Positions 28,027 to 36,842 of a stretch of 64,000 bases of DNA are shown piece by piece. The position numbers and the translations under genes were made by a program. This DNA comes from an uncultured euryarchaeote (GTDB lineage Archaea > Thermoplasmatota > Poseidoniia > Poseidoniales > Poseidoniaceae). The stretch's first letter is position 1, and each line of letters starts with the position of its first letter. The notes under the pieces are model-generated. The model worked only from the letters and a program-made list of their open reading frames with translations. It was not told where the DNA came from and made no database searches. The DNA is taken from NCBI GenBank assembly GCA_937915175.1, contig CALDNA010000052.1, positions 25,150 through 89,149 of the forward strand. The letters run 5' to 3'.

Positions 28027-28407
28027 TCACTCTTCGAGGAATTGAGCGAGTTGTGGTGCCTGCCAGCCTTTAGGCTTGAGCACCTTTCCGTCTTCTCTGC
28101 GGATGACCTTTCCATCAACCAATTTCGCCATGTTTGAACGGTGGACTTCGTTGAATGCATCATCATAGATGTGTTGCATGCCGTGGTTGATGACCGTCCC
28201 AGCAAGGATGTATCCAATGTCAGCAAGCGCATCGAGCACTTCGACCATGTCACCTGCTCTTGCCGCTTCGGCGTATTCTTCGACTTCTTCTCGGAGGAGT
28301 TTGATTCGCAACTCAATCATGTCTTCGGGGCTAAGTCCTGGGGCGTCAAGCTTGGGAATGTCGAAGGCCTCATTGAATTCAAGCAGGGATGTCACCATTG
28401 GGTTCAT
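28027..28407 (-). CDS. MazG-like all-alpha nucleotide pyrophosphohydrolase family protein
   Basis: LRIKLLREEVEEYAEA...EVLDALADIGYIL...AFNEVHRSNMAK, a typical EExxE/D metal-binding helix pattern. Confidence 0.65.
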   Translation of the reverse strand: MNPMVTSLLEFNEAFDIPKLDAPGLSPEDMIELRIKLLREEVEEYAEAARAGDMVEVLDALADIGYILAGTVINHGMQHIYDDAFNEVHRSNMAKLVDGKVIRREDGKVLKPKGWQAPQLAQFLEE

Positions 28408-28462
28408 GACCTTCCCTCAAGCCACCCGGCCTTTGAAGGTTACAGGCCGTTCCCCAATGACG

Positions 28463-29371
28463 TCACGCAAGACTTTGCACGGGGTCCATGAGCATCACAG
28501 CCCCAAGCAACACCCATCCGGTGAGCATGGAGGCCCTGAACAGTGTAGTTTGAAAATCAAGCCATCGCTCAAGCCGCAAGATGACAATGATGTTCGCAAC
28601 GGCCATGATCCCTGATGCGACGAGAAAGTAGGCCTCAGACATCGGGTTGGCGATGGCAAAGCAAGCAAACCAAGCCAAGGAAAGTTGAATTGAAGTGCGT
28701 GTGGTGGCGGCTTCTCCAAACTTGGAGGGGAAGGATTTGATGCCATTTTCACGGTCGCTTTCAACATCCATGCGGGCGTAATTGAGATCGAATGCAGCAA
28801 TCCAAAGCGCCACACCAAGGGCGATGAAGAAAATGGTCGGGTACCACTGGGCGTCGGTGATTGCAGCCCAGCCGATGCTGTCTGCGGCTATGGCGACCCA
28901 TGCGCCCGCAGGAGCCAACCCTAGGCACAACCCGAGCCAAAAATGGCAAAGCCAAGTGTATCGCTTGAGGTAAGGGTAAATCACAAACACGGCGACCGGC
29001 AACCAAGCCATCATCAAGGCCACTTGGTTGAGCAATGCTGCACTGATTAGCAGCATGAGCAGAAACACACCGCACAGAATCCAGGCGGTTTTTATCGACA
29101 TTGATCCAGATGCCAAATGGCGACCTGCGGTTCGAGGGTTCTCAGCATCCACTTCACGGTCGATGATCCTGTTGAGCCCCATAGCAAGGCCCCTTGCTCC
29201 TACGGCTGCGAGCAAAATCCATAGTAAATCAGGGGCAATCCATGAAAACATCCCGCTTGATGCAGTTGATGCAAACTCATTGTGAGCGAGGATGTACCCA
29301 ATGAGGACAAAGGGCAGGGAGAACAGCGTGTGCTCTATTTTGATAAATGACAGAACCTGTTTGACGTCCAT
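28463..29371 (-). CDS. ubiA: UbiA-family aromatic prenyltransferase
   Basis: GLNRIIDREVDAENPRTAGRHLASG (NxxxDxxxD), multiple TM helices, second Asp-rich region YARMDVESDRENG. ATG 29371 overlaps the ubiD stop (TGATG). Confidence 0.85.
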   Translation of the reverse strand: MDVKQVLSFIKIEHTLFSLPFVLIGYILAHNEFASTASSGMFSWIAPDLLWILLAAVGARGLAMGLNRIIDREVDAENPRTAGRHLASGSMSIKTAWILCGVFLLMLLISAALLNQVALMMAWLPVAVFVIYPYLKRYTWLCHFWLGLCLGLAPAGAWVAIAADSIGWAAITDAQWYPTIFFIALGVALWIAAFDLNYARMDVESDRENGIKSFPSKFGEAATTRTSIQLSLAWFACFAIANPMSEAYFLVASGIMAVANIIVILRLERWLDFQTTLFRASMLTGWVLLGAVMLMDPVQSLA

Positions 29372-31356
29372 CAAGACTTGCCTCCAAAGGAAAGATGGGG
29401 TGGCCATTGGTACTTAGCAAGTTCCGGATGCTTTGCCACCTTTTCCAATGTTTCTTGGCTGTGGAGGGTGATGGAAGGCCAACGGCGAACGCCGTGTTCT
29501 TCAGAGGGGATGGGTGTGGTTGCGTCCCAGCAAAGGCGCGCTCGTTCATCATCAAACGTCAGTCCTCGGCCAACATCGAACCTTGAAGTGAGTTGCCAGA
29601 GAAGACGCCTTCGTGCCTTGGCACAGTGCAAATCCAAGTCATTATTTGTGATAAAAAGCCATCGAAGAGAGGAATCGTTGTCCAATTGCCAAATCGATTT
29701 CCTCAATTGGTTAATCTTGTCTTTGCGCCGGCCTTCTGCTTCATCGTTGGACGCATCAGCGCCATCCTCGGCCGTAGGGCTTCCTGCGACATCTATGGTC
29801 ACGACCAGGATGCTCCCACGAAGCATGCGAGCGTCGACAACCTCATCCAGATTGAGCACCTCGGCTAGCCCATCAAATGCAGGCGGCTCGGCTTCTCCTT
29901 GACGCCATGCCGGTACTTCTTGCCTAAACGATCCTTCGAGCGGTGGGTTGGGCGAACGAGGATCAGCAGCGGCCAAGGTTGTAGCGTCTATCAGCAATTT
30001 ACTGTGGACGTTCTCATACGGGCTCGCAGCTTCAAGCGAATCAGCAACCATGCCATCCAATACAATGACGTCTGTGGCAATATCGACCTTATCGTTCAAC
30101 GAATCAAGAAGGGCTTCAAGGTCCTTTGGATCTTGTTGTTCATCGATTGCAATCATCGTTTTGAGGAACATCATCTGGCCGGCACCGAGAAGTCCGACAG
30201 CGGTTTTACGACCCTGGCGTGGGTAGCGCTGTTTTGAAGCGACCACTGCCAAGTTGTGGAAACCAGTTTCCATAGGAAGGTGCACACTCTTCACATCGCG
30301 ATGCTGGAAGTTCAACACAGGGGAAAATTGTCGGCCAATCGCCTCGCCCAAGTGGCCGTCTTCCATAGGCGGTAATCCGACGATGGTCGCTGCAAGCATC
30401 GCATCTTTACGGCATGTGATTGCGGTGACATGCATCACTGGGTATTGGCCCGTGAGCGAATAGAAGCCAAAGTGGTCGCCAAAAGGCCCTTCCAAACGAG
30501 TTTCGCCAGGAATACAATAGCCCTCGATCACGATGTCAGCTTCGGCGGGGACCATCAGGTCCTGAGTCAGTGCTTTGGTAATCGGCAACGATTTGCGCCC
30601 GAGGATTCCTGCGAATTGATATTCGCTCAAGTTATCTGGCAGGGGGGAAATCGCGGAGAAAATCAGTTCAGGAGGGCCGCCCATGCAAATGGCGACCGGC
30701 ATCTTGACTTCTTTACCGGAGGCTTTTGCAGCTTCGGCGTGCTCGGCTCCATGCTTGTGGATCTGCCAATGAAGGCCGATTTCTTTGGGACCAAACACCT
30801 GAGCCCTGTACATACCGAGGTTATGTTCTCCATTTTTGGGATTCTTAGTGACGACAAGTGGGAGGGTGACAAACGGCCCTCCGTCCTTGGGCCATGTTGT
30901 TGGGATTGGGAGTTTGGTGAGGTCGGTTGGAAGCCGGACTCGCTGAGAATTGCCTTTTCGTTTCTTTTTTGGTGGCATTGCTAAGGCGTCTCTAAGCAAC
31001 GGAAGCGCCTTCCATGGTTTGCGCATGTAGAGCCCAATGTCAGGTTTCATCATCGCCACCATTCTGTCCCCAATCTCGGTTTCATGGGTCGCTCCAAGCG
31101 CCCTCATGGTTCTGTCTTGGTCGCCAAAGAGGTTCATTGCAAGCGGGATGTCGCTGATGCTACCGTCTGGAAGCCTTGGCTGCTCGAACACGACGGCTGG
31201 ACCATCGTTTTTGACCAAAAGGTCTGCGATTGCTCCTGCTTCGAACTTCACATCGACGGGCCGGCTTATGCGCAGCACTTCTCCACGCTGCTCAAGATGG
31301 TCGAGCCAACGTTTGGAAGTGCGCCACGCCATGCTCATGCGTGGGGCAGCCTTCAT
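29371..31356 (-). CDS. ubiD: UbiD-family (prenyl-FMN dependent) decarboxylase, unusually long
   Basis: N-terminus WLDHLEQRGEVLRISRPVD, NLGMYRAQV, GGPPE region, LLIDATT. Has ~170 extra C-terminal residues. Alternative ATGs at 31338 and 31332. Confidence 0.85.
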   Translation of the reverse strand: MKAAPRMSMAWRTSKRWLDHLEQRGEVLRISRPVDVKFEAGAIADLLVKNDGPAVVFEQPRLPDGSISDIPLAMNLFGDQDRTMRALGATHETEIGDRMVAMMKPDIGLYMRKPWKALPLLRDALAMPPKKKRKGNSQRVRLPTDLTKLPIPTTWPKDGGPFVTLPLVVTKNPKNGEHNLGMYRAQVFGPKEIGLHWQIHKHGAEHAEAAKASGKEVKMPVAICMGGPPELIFSAISPLPDNLSEYQFAGILGRKSLPITKALTQDLMVPAEADIVIEGYCIPGETRLEGPFGDHFGFYSLTGQYPVMHVTAITCRKDAMLAATIVGLPPMEDGHLGEAIGRQFSPVLNFQHRDVKSVHLPMETGFHNLAVVASKQRYPRQGRKTAVGLLGAGQMMFLKTMIAIDEQQDPKDLEALLDSLNDKVDIATDVIVLDGMVADSLEAASPYENVHSKLLIDATTLAAADPRSPNPPLEGSFRQEVPAWRQGEAEPPAFDGLAEVLNLDEVVDARMLRGSILVVTIDVAGSPTAEDGADASNDEAEGRRKDKINQLRKSIWQLDNDSSLRWLFITNNDLDLHCAKARRRLLWQLTSRFDVGRGLTFDDERARLCWDATTPIPSEEHGVRRWPSITLHSQETLEKVAKHPELAKYQWPPHLSFGGKS

Positions 31357-31447
31357 TTGAACCGTCGTATTTTCCTTCGCTTAGGCACACCAGAAAAGCA
31401 ATCGATTGAATACATGCATTGATAGGCACATGGGATGGGTAGGAGGT

Positions 31448-31939
31448 ATGAACAAAGTTTTGTTTGGCTTGCTTGGTCTTGTGATGCTTGTCTGCTCCAC
31501 ATCCACGGTTGCAGCAGAATCATCCGATGTCATCGTAACAGTTGACAGCTCCAGCCTCCGTTTCAGTCCATCTCAAGTGACAATCACCGAAGGGCAAGCC
31601 GTTCGCTTCATGTGGGCCGGCCAGGCCTTGGCCCACAACGCTGTAGCCGATGACGGTATGTTTGACTCTGGTGATCCTGAACAGGACGTTGACTACAGGT
31701 TTGTCTTCGAAGTCGGCACAGCAGGCACGCACACGTTTGTTTGCGAGCCGCATGCCAGTGCCGGCATGGTTGGAACCATCACCGTTGATGCGGCACCAGT
31801 GGAAGTGGTTGAAGAAGAAGAAGAACCTGAGCCACCCGCTGAAAACACTCCAGCACTCTCCTTGGTAAGCAGCCTGATGGTCATGGCGTTCGCCACAACG
31901 CTCGTCGCTCGAAATGGCAAACTCGAGCACATGAACTGA
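31448..31939 (+). CDS. Type-1 blue copper protein (plastocyanin/halocyanin-like) with a C-terminal TM anchor
   Basis: Signal MNKVLFGLLGLVMLVCS. Copper ligands H (ALAHNAV) and CEPHASAGM. Glu-rich linker followed by PALSLVSSLMVMAFATTLVARNGK. Confidence 0.85.
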   Translation: MNKVLFGLLGLVMLVCSTSTVAAESSDVIVTVDSSSLRFSPSQVTITEGQAVRFMWAGQALAHNAVADDGMFDSGDPEQDVDYRFVFEVGTAGTHTFVCEPHASAGMVGTITVDAAPVEVVEEEEEPEPPAENTPALSLVSSLMVMAFATTLVARNGKLEHMN

Positions 31940-31977
31940 CCGTTTCATTCAAGGGCTACCTTCCCTTCATCGGTATC

Positions 31978-33216
31978 ATGGGCGAAGCCGTACAGCAATG
32001 CGATGTCCTCATCATCGGGGCAGGTCCGGGTGGCGGTTCAGCAGGCCTACACGCTTCTCGTGCTGGTTTGAAGACCATCATCGTTGAAGCAGACCCTGAA
32101 GTTGGAACCCCGGTTCATTGTGGAGAATGCCTGAGCCATCTTGCGGTTCAAAACCTCGATTTGGAAATCCCTGATCACGTCAAAGCCCTCGATGTCAAAG
32201 GCATCCGTGTCATCTTCCCAGATGGGACCAAGAAGCTGCTGACCGAAGAGGGCTACGTGCTTGAAAAACACCTTTTTGAGCGATGGCTATGCGATGAGGC
32301 CTCCAAAGAAGGCGCTACCCTTCTGCTCCATCACAAGGTGACTTCGATGAAGCGAGTCTTCAATAGCCAAAATCAATTTTCATATTGGGAAATTGAAGGA
32401 AAGGGCGAAGGGTTTCCAATTGAATGCAAAGCGGTCATCGACGCATCAGGTGTGGCAGGAGCGGCCTCGAAATTACTCGACATGGGCACCGAAGTGGAAG
32501 TGATTGCAGGATTCCAGTATGAAATGCTGGATGTGCCAAACGACGGCTATCTTGATTTCTATCTGTGGCCTAAATACTCTCCACATGGATATGTTTGGAT
32601 GATTCCAAAAGAGGGCGGCCGAGCAAATGTTGGCTTGGTCACGACCGACAAAAAAGGCGCCATCAAGTACCTCAATTCCTTTATCGAAGACACCTACCTC
32701 GATGGCAAGCCAACCGTTAACCCACCATGGCGAGCAAATGGAATCAAGGTTCGACCCTTTGGAGGGACCATTCCGATTTCGGGCCCTCGCTCCCGTACCG
32801 TTGACGACGGCGTCATCCTAGTGGGGGATGCAGCAGGCTTCACTTCGCCATTGTTTGAAGGCGGCTCACACCTGGCTTTGTGGTCTGGCCGTCAAGCAGC
32901 CCTTACCGTTGCAGCGGCCCTCAAGAAAGGCGATCTTTCAGAATCGAGTCTCATGGCCTATGAGCGAGCATGGAAGAAAAAATTCCCTCCCTATCACAAA
33001 ATCTTGAAAGGGAAAACTGCGCTTTATGAATTGACAGATGAAGAGATGTCAATCATGGCCCACTGCCTTCCTGAAGAATTGGGGAACATGTCGCCAATTC
33101 AGAAGTTTGGTATTGGATTAAAGATCATGGTGACAAAACCAATTTTGATGACAAAACGTGTTATTCCGATTCTTCTTTCATTCGGATACTCTCGAGCGAA
33201 GTATTTCGGTTGGTAA
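31978..33216 (+). CDS. Geranylgeranyl reductase family flavoprotein
   Basis: DVLIIGAGPGGGSAG FAD motif, VILVGDAAGFTSPLFEGG, archaeal GGR length. Confidence 0.88.
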   Translation: MGEAVQQCDVLIIGAGPGGGSAGLHASRAGLKTIIVEADPEVGTPVHCGECLSHLAVQNLDLEIPDHVKALDVKGIRVIFPDGTKKLLTEEGYVLEKHLFERWLCDEASKEGATLLLHHKVTSMKRVFNSQNQFSYWEIEGKGEGFPIECKAVIDASGVAGAASKLLDMGTEVEVIAGFQYEMLDVPNDGYLDFYLWPKYSPHGYVWMIPKEGGRANVGLVTTDKKGAIKYLNSFIEDTYLDGKPTVNPPWRANGIKVRPFGGTIPISGPRSRTVDDGVILVGDAAGFTSPLFEGGSHLALWSGRQAALTVAAALKKGDLSESSLMAYERAWKKKFPPYHKILKGKTALYELTDEEMSIMAHCLPEELGNMSPIQKFGIGLKIMVTKPILMTKRVIPILLSFGYSRAKYFGW

Positions 33217-33268
33217 AACTCGTTTTGGCTTAGTAATGTCCATGAAGGATGCCCATTGGTGACAAGTC

Positions 33269-35857
33269 ATGTGGGGTGCGACGCTGTGGTTGGCAATCCT
33301 CGCCGCAGCCGTTTTGGTTTTTCAACCGAAGGTCCATGAGCGATCCAAATTTGGTTCGCTGATACTGCATGGATTGCTGCTTCTCCCCTTCATTGCTTTA
33401 GCAAGCAGATTTCTTGTGAATGACACCAGCATCCACCATGTGGTTGCCTACGGGGGTGCAGCCCTTCCTCTCAAGTACCGGTTCGCTGCCACTTGGGCCG
33501 CCCGAGAAGGCCCTCTCCTCTTATGGGTGGCTTGGATGACCATTTTGGCTTGGGTTTGGCGCAGGCCTATGGGCAAAGAAACTCAGGCTACACACACCCT
33601 TCGACTTCGACTCGTTCACGGATTCAGCCTCTTAGTGCTGCTCAACGCCCAGACGCTTAACCCGTTCAAAGCTGTCTCACCGTACTTCGTAGGGCGAGGG
33701 TTGAATGAATTGCTTCAGACCGATCTTATGGTCATTCATCCCCCGCTTATTTTCCTCGCCTATTCCTTTTGTCTGCATGCTGCTGCCATTGCGCTGTCTT
33801 CAATGTTTGAAGATTCCAATGGCATCAAAGATCGCATGCTGTCGAGCGTTCGCCCAGGGCTCTTCGTCGCCACACTTGGCATCGGTCTTGGTGGCTTGTG
33901 GGCTTACTTGATTCTTGATTGGGGTGGCTATTGGGCATGGGACCCTGTCGAAACTGGTTCATTCCTGCCTTGGCTAGCCCTCGTGTTTTTGTCGCACATG
34001 CGAACGCGACCGGGCCACGCCAGTGACAGCGTGTGGATCGGTGGTGGGATGGCCGCAGGTGGCCTTGCATTATTTGCCACATTGGTAACAAGAGCAGGTG
34101 GCGTTTGGGCCTCTTCGGTGCACACCTTTGTGTCCTCAGATGACGGAACGGCGCCTACTGATGCTTTTTCAAGAATGGTTCTGCTGAAAGAAGACACCTT
34201 CGCTGGTGTTGAAGTCATGTCTTACATGATTCTCCTTCTGCTGATGATTGGGATGTGGGTTCAACACCAACGCGCTCGAACTTCAATGTCGCCTTCGATG
34301 AAAGGGGTCGGCCTCTTTCTCATCCCCCTGATTGGTGCCATTATTGCCGTCGTTGGCTCTCTATCAGACGGGATTGGTCTGATTCCGGGTGCGGATGTGT
34401 ACGGATTTGTACCAAGCCTGTTTTTCCCGTTGCTGTTGTTGCTTCCGTTGACCGTGGATGTATTCACAACCAAACGAACGCCTCTTGCAAGTGAAGGTGG
34501 ATGGAATTACCATTCCCTTCTTCCTAAAAGCCAGAGCACTGAGAAACCGTCAACCTCGAATGCAATGCTTGTTTTAGCGATTGTATTTCTCTTCTTCACG
34601 GGCGTGACGTTGCTTGCAGAAAACGTATTTTTTGGAGCCTTAGCCCTTCTGTTCTTCACCCCATTGTTCTTTGCTCCTGATGCAACCAAGGCATGGCCTT
34701 GGGCCACAGCAGGCGTCATGCTTGCTTTGTCTGGGGCTTGGGCTGAATTGGTTACCGTGGTAACTGCAGGCGTCACAATGATGTTGTTCGTAGCGCCCTG
34801 GCTGTTTGCTCCAGAATCTGAAACCAAATCCGAATCTCTCTCGGTCTTTCATCGCAAAAACCAGATGCAAATTGCGCTTTGGGCTTCAGTCGTTTTGGTT
34901 GGGCTCTACCTTGTGTTGACCCTTGTCTTGCTTTTGGCCAGCATCGATGCGGTCAATTTTGATGCTCATGAAGTGTATGGGGCTCCTTTCGTGCTGGCTT
35001 TTGCCGCTGCAATGGTGGTCTACACGGGGCGCAAAGGTGACTCAAACAGAAACGCTTGGCTTGTCATTGGTACACTGGGCGTTTCCCTGCTGTGCGCTGT
35101 GTGGCAACCTGCTGCCTTTGGCATGGACGCCGACACTGTCGTTTCCTCATTCTTGGTGCGCGGCACTCTAGCGTGGCTCATGCTTCCAATGCTGTTCATG
35201 GTGATCTTGCCAGTTGCGCATGAAGCGCTGTTTGTGCAACGAAACCGGGGAACAAAGCAAGCCCTCTGGCGCAGGATTCCATTCGGAGCTCATGTTGTCC
35301 ATCTGGGGCTTGTGCTTCTGTTGATTGGTCACGTTTACACGACCGTACTTGTGGACCGAGGGGACGCCAGTCACCGAATTACAATGATGAGGGATGAAGT
35401 CGTGATCGACGGTAACTTTGGCTACGAGTTCAACGGCCTTGTGTTTCAATCCGAGGATTTAGAGGTCGGTGACGGGTATGTTGGTGTTGAGATTACGGTG
35501 TATGAACTCGACAACGGTGCAGTGGGCGAAGCCATCGGCACGGTTGAACCAGGCATGATCCGATTTGATTCAACCGCAACCGCTCGGTCGGAAGTTGACA
35601 CGTTGACAAGGTGGAGCGGCGATATCGTGTTCATCTTCGATGGTAGTCAAGCTGCAGGTCTGATGAGTCAATCTGTTGAAGGGGGCGAATCATCGGTTCA
35701 AACCGTGCGAGTGACTGTGTATGATTTACCAGCCTCTCATTCTGTGTGGCTCGGCTGGGCAACGATGCTCATAGGAATGGCGATTGTTGTTGCAGGTGAT
35801 GTTGAGAAAAACAAGGGCCTGCGGCTTGATTCTAAGGAATCCGATGCTGAAGAGTGA
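33269..35857 (+). CDS. ccmF: Cytochrome c-type biogenesis heme lyase CcmF
   Basis: WWD motif DWGGYWAWDPVETGSFLPWL, N-terminal FAATWAAREGPLLLW, many TM helices, C-terminal VWLGWATMLIGMAIVV. Confidence 0.85.
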   Translation: MWGATLWLAILAAAVLVFQPKVHERSKFGSLILHGLLLLPFIALASRFLVNDTSIHHVVAYGGAALPLKYRFAATWAAREGPLLLWVAWMTILAWVWRRPMGKETQATHTLRLRLVHGFSLLVLLNAQTLNPFKAVSPYFVGRGLNELLQTDLMVIHPPLIFLAYSFCLHAAAIALSSMFEDSNGIKDRMLSSVRPGLFVATLGIGLGGLWAYLILDWGGYWAWDPVETGSFLPWLALVFLSHMRTRPGHASDSVWIGGGMAAGGLALFATLVTRAGGVWASSVHTFVSSDDGTAPTDAFSRMVLLKEDTFAGVEVMSYMILLLLMIGMWVQHQRARTSMSPSMKGVGLFLIPLIGAIIAVVGSLSDGIGLIPGADVYGFVPSLFFPLLLLLPLTVDVFTTKRTPLASEGGWNYHSLLPKSQSTEKPSTSNAMLVLAIVFLFFTGVTLLAENVFFGALALLFFTPLFFAPDATKAWPWATAGVMLALSGAWAELVTVVTAGVTMMLFVAPWLFAPESETKSESLSVFHRKNQMQIALWASVVLVGLYLVLTLVLLLASIDAVNFDAHEVYGAPFVLAFAAAMVVYTGRKGDSNRNAWLVIGTLGVSLLCAVWQPAAFGMDADTVVSSFLVRGTLAWLMLPMLFMVILPVAHEALFVQRNRGTKQALWRRIPFGAHVVHLGLVLLLIGHVYTTVLVDRGDASHRITMMRDEVVIDGNFGYEFNGLVFQSEDLEVGDGYVGVEITVYELDNGAVGEAIGTVEPGMIRFDSTATARSEVDTLTRWSGDIVFIFDGSQAAGLMSQSVEGGESSVQTVRVTVYDLPASHSVWLGWATMLIGMAIVVAGDVEKNKGLRLDSKESDAEE

Positions 35858-35927
35858 ACCAAGGCTTCGCCAATGGAATTATGAAGGGGGCGACGGTCGC
35901 CGGACTACCCGAAAGGGAGGTATTACC

Positions 35928-36761
35928 ATGGAAGATGGAACAATTGTACACGTCGATTACGAACTTTACAACAATGAAACAGGTGACCTCATCGAGACCA
36001 CCCGTGAAGCCGTCGCAAAAGAGCATGATTCTCATCAAGAGAGCCGTACCTACGAACCAATGGTCTGTGTCGTCGGTGGCGGGCAACTCATTGCAGGGTT
36101 TGAAGCAGCGCTCGGTGAAGCAAAGAAAGGCAAGGAAACCGAAGTCGTCATCGCACCAATCGATGCATACGGCGAAAAAGACGCTTCCCAAATCGAAACC
36201 ATCAGCATTGACAAATTAATCCGTGCTGTCCAAGATCCTAATTCCCTTTACATCGGCGCACCGGTGACCATTGGAAACCGTCAAGGCTACCTTTCGTACC
36301 TTGCTGCTGGCCGTGCTCGAATTGACTACAACCATCCAATGGCTGGTAAATCGCTCAAGTATTCCTTCAACATCGTTGACGTTGTCGAAGGCAAGGAAGA
36401 CCAAGTTGTTGCTCTTTTGCAAGCAAACACTGGACACAGTGGCTTTGAAGTCAGTTTCTCTGGCGACGACTTGAACATCATTTTGCCACAAACTATGTTG
36501 TTTGACACCAACGCAGCCATGCTCAAGTTCCGTTTGGTTACCACCATTCGTGACGCAGTCGAATGCGGTAAAGTTTCATTCATTGAAGTTCACGAACCAC
36601 GTGGATTCGGCGTTGAAGATGAAGATGATGCCTCCGAAAGTGAAGACCTTTCTTCGCTCTCCGTTGCTGAACTCAAAGATCGCCTCAAGGCCGCTGGCTT
36701 ACCAGTCGGTGGAAAGAAAGCAGACCTTGTCGCTCGTCTCTCCCAAGACGAAGAAGAGTGA
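35928..36761 (+). CDS. FKBP-type peptidyl-prolyl isomerase (SlyD/archaeal long type) fused to a C-terminal SAP motif
   Basis: GGGAGGT lies 8 nt upstream of the ATG. VHVDYELYN..GDLIETT, VVGGGQLIAGFEAALGEAKKG, IDAYGEKD. C-terminus LSVAELKDRLKAAGLPVGGKKADLVARL. Confidence 0.8.
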   Translation: MEDGTIVHVDYELYNNETGDLIETTREAVAKEHDSHQESRTYEPMVCVVGGGQLIAGFEAALGEAKKGKETEVVIAPIDAYGEKDASQIETISIDKLIRAVQDPNSLYIGAPVTIGNRQGYLSYLAAGRARIDYNHPMAGKSLKYSFNIVDVVEGKEDQVVALLQANTGHSGFEVSFSGDDLNIILPQTMLFDTNAAMLKFRLVTTIRDAVECGKVSFIEVHEPRGFGVEDEDDASESEDLSSLSVAELKDRLKAAGLPVGGKKADLVARLSQDEEE

Positions 36762-36842
36762 AATCAGAGTCACAACGGTGCGTTTGAGCACAACGTCCAA
36801 AGGACATCGAGCGTGTGGCTAAACCAACACTGAGGTAGCATC

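Noticed and set aside
35784-35927. N-terminal extension of the FKBP ORF
   Set aside because: It overlaps the 3' end of ccmF. A strong GGGAGGT Shine-Dalgarno sequence precedes the internal ATG at 35928, where FKBP homology starts.
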